From: Octopus vulgaris
Lineage: Eukaryota
Assembly: GCA_951406725.2 (NCBI GenBank)
Contig: OX597823.1
Span: 19,716,001 to 19,780,000, forward strand
Reading direction: 5' to 3'
DNA length: 64,000 bases
Shown here: in pieces, positions 63,046 to 64,000 of the stretch
How positions within the stretch are numbered: position 1 is the first letter of the stretch
Layout of the letters: each line of letters begins with the position of its first letter
Translations under genes and position numbers: made by a program
Notes under the pieces: model-generated
Databases searched by the model: none
What the model saw: only the letters and a program-made list of their open reading frames with translations
Told to the model about the DNA's origin: nothing

Positions 63046-63102
63046 CTGTCTTCGAAGACTCATATTGTCGTTCAATGCTCGAAATGAGGAGTAGATAGAC
63101 AG
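63046..63102 (+). ncRNA. HHR-like scaffold with an aberrant right-hand core
   Basis: CTGTCT-TCGAAGA-CTCAT..ATGAG-GAGTAGAT-AGACAG. Confidence 0.35.
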
Positions 63103-63334
63103 CCAACAACTGACGAAGGGTTGTTGTTTATGTTACTTGTCCTGTTTTCCATTTGTTTCTCTCCTTGTTTGCGTATTGAATTCATTTGTTTTCGTATTTC
63201 ATTTTGTTTACTGTTGGTCACGTTCTATACCCATACATGCATGTGTGTTTGTGTGTGTGTGTGTATGCATATATATATTATTTATATTATTATTTGACTG
63301 GACGCCACGCATCCTTTTCCAAGTGAATAAGTAA

Positions 63335-63396
<62 letters not shown>

Positions 63397-63478
63397 CAAA
63401 ATAAGCAACGAGGATATCCAGAGGTAATGCAGTACGATCGTTTAATTTAATTGAACTTAAGTATCATATTCATCTGAA

Positions 63479-63880
<402 letters not shown>

Positions 63881-63888
63881 ACATCTAC

Positions 63889-63941
<53 letters not shown>

Positions 63942-63943
63942 TA

Positions 63944-63994
<51 letters not shown>

Positions 63995-64000
63995 ATGTGT

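Overview
Repeat-saturated, AT-rich animal genomic DNA. It is most consistent with an octopus or other coleoid cephalopod, inferred from the tRNA-derived SINE types, the very dense (TA)n/(ATGT)n/(AAT)n microsatellites and TTAGGG-type repeats. I found no convincing host protein-coding gene, and most ORFs in the track are microsatellite artefacts. The window holds four SINE families, one forming 184-bp head-to-tail arrays. It also holds Penelope-like elements (PLEs): a near-intact Neptune-type RT+GIY-YIG element and a frameshifted Naiad-type one. Other content: R4/Dong, Tx1/L1 and RTE LINE fragments, Helitrons, a mariner fragment, a U6 snRNA retrocopy, and a 3-kb degenerate telomeric array beside an assembly gap. 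The main unexplained signal is about 19 type-I hammerhead-ribozyme (HHR) motifs, read by eye, mostly in short modules next to (TA)n tracts or in PLE 3' LTRs. Many have recurrent non-canonical cores (CCGANGA, UUGAAAA, CUGURGA). Also notable: a candidate -1 ribosomal frameshift in the Neptune PLE, a U6/retroelement-tail chimera, an ORF1-only retroelement inserted in a SINE head, and a Helitron flanked by a 54-bp duplication. All calls are manual, and no searches or folding programs were run.
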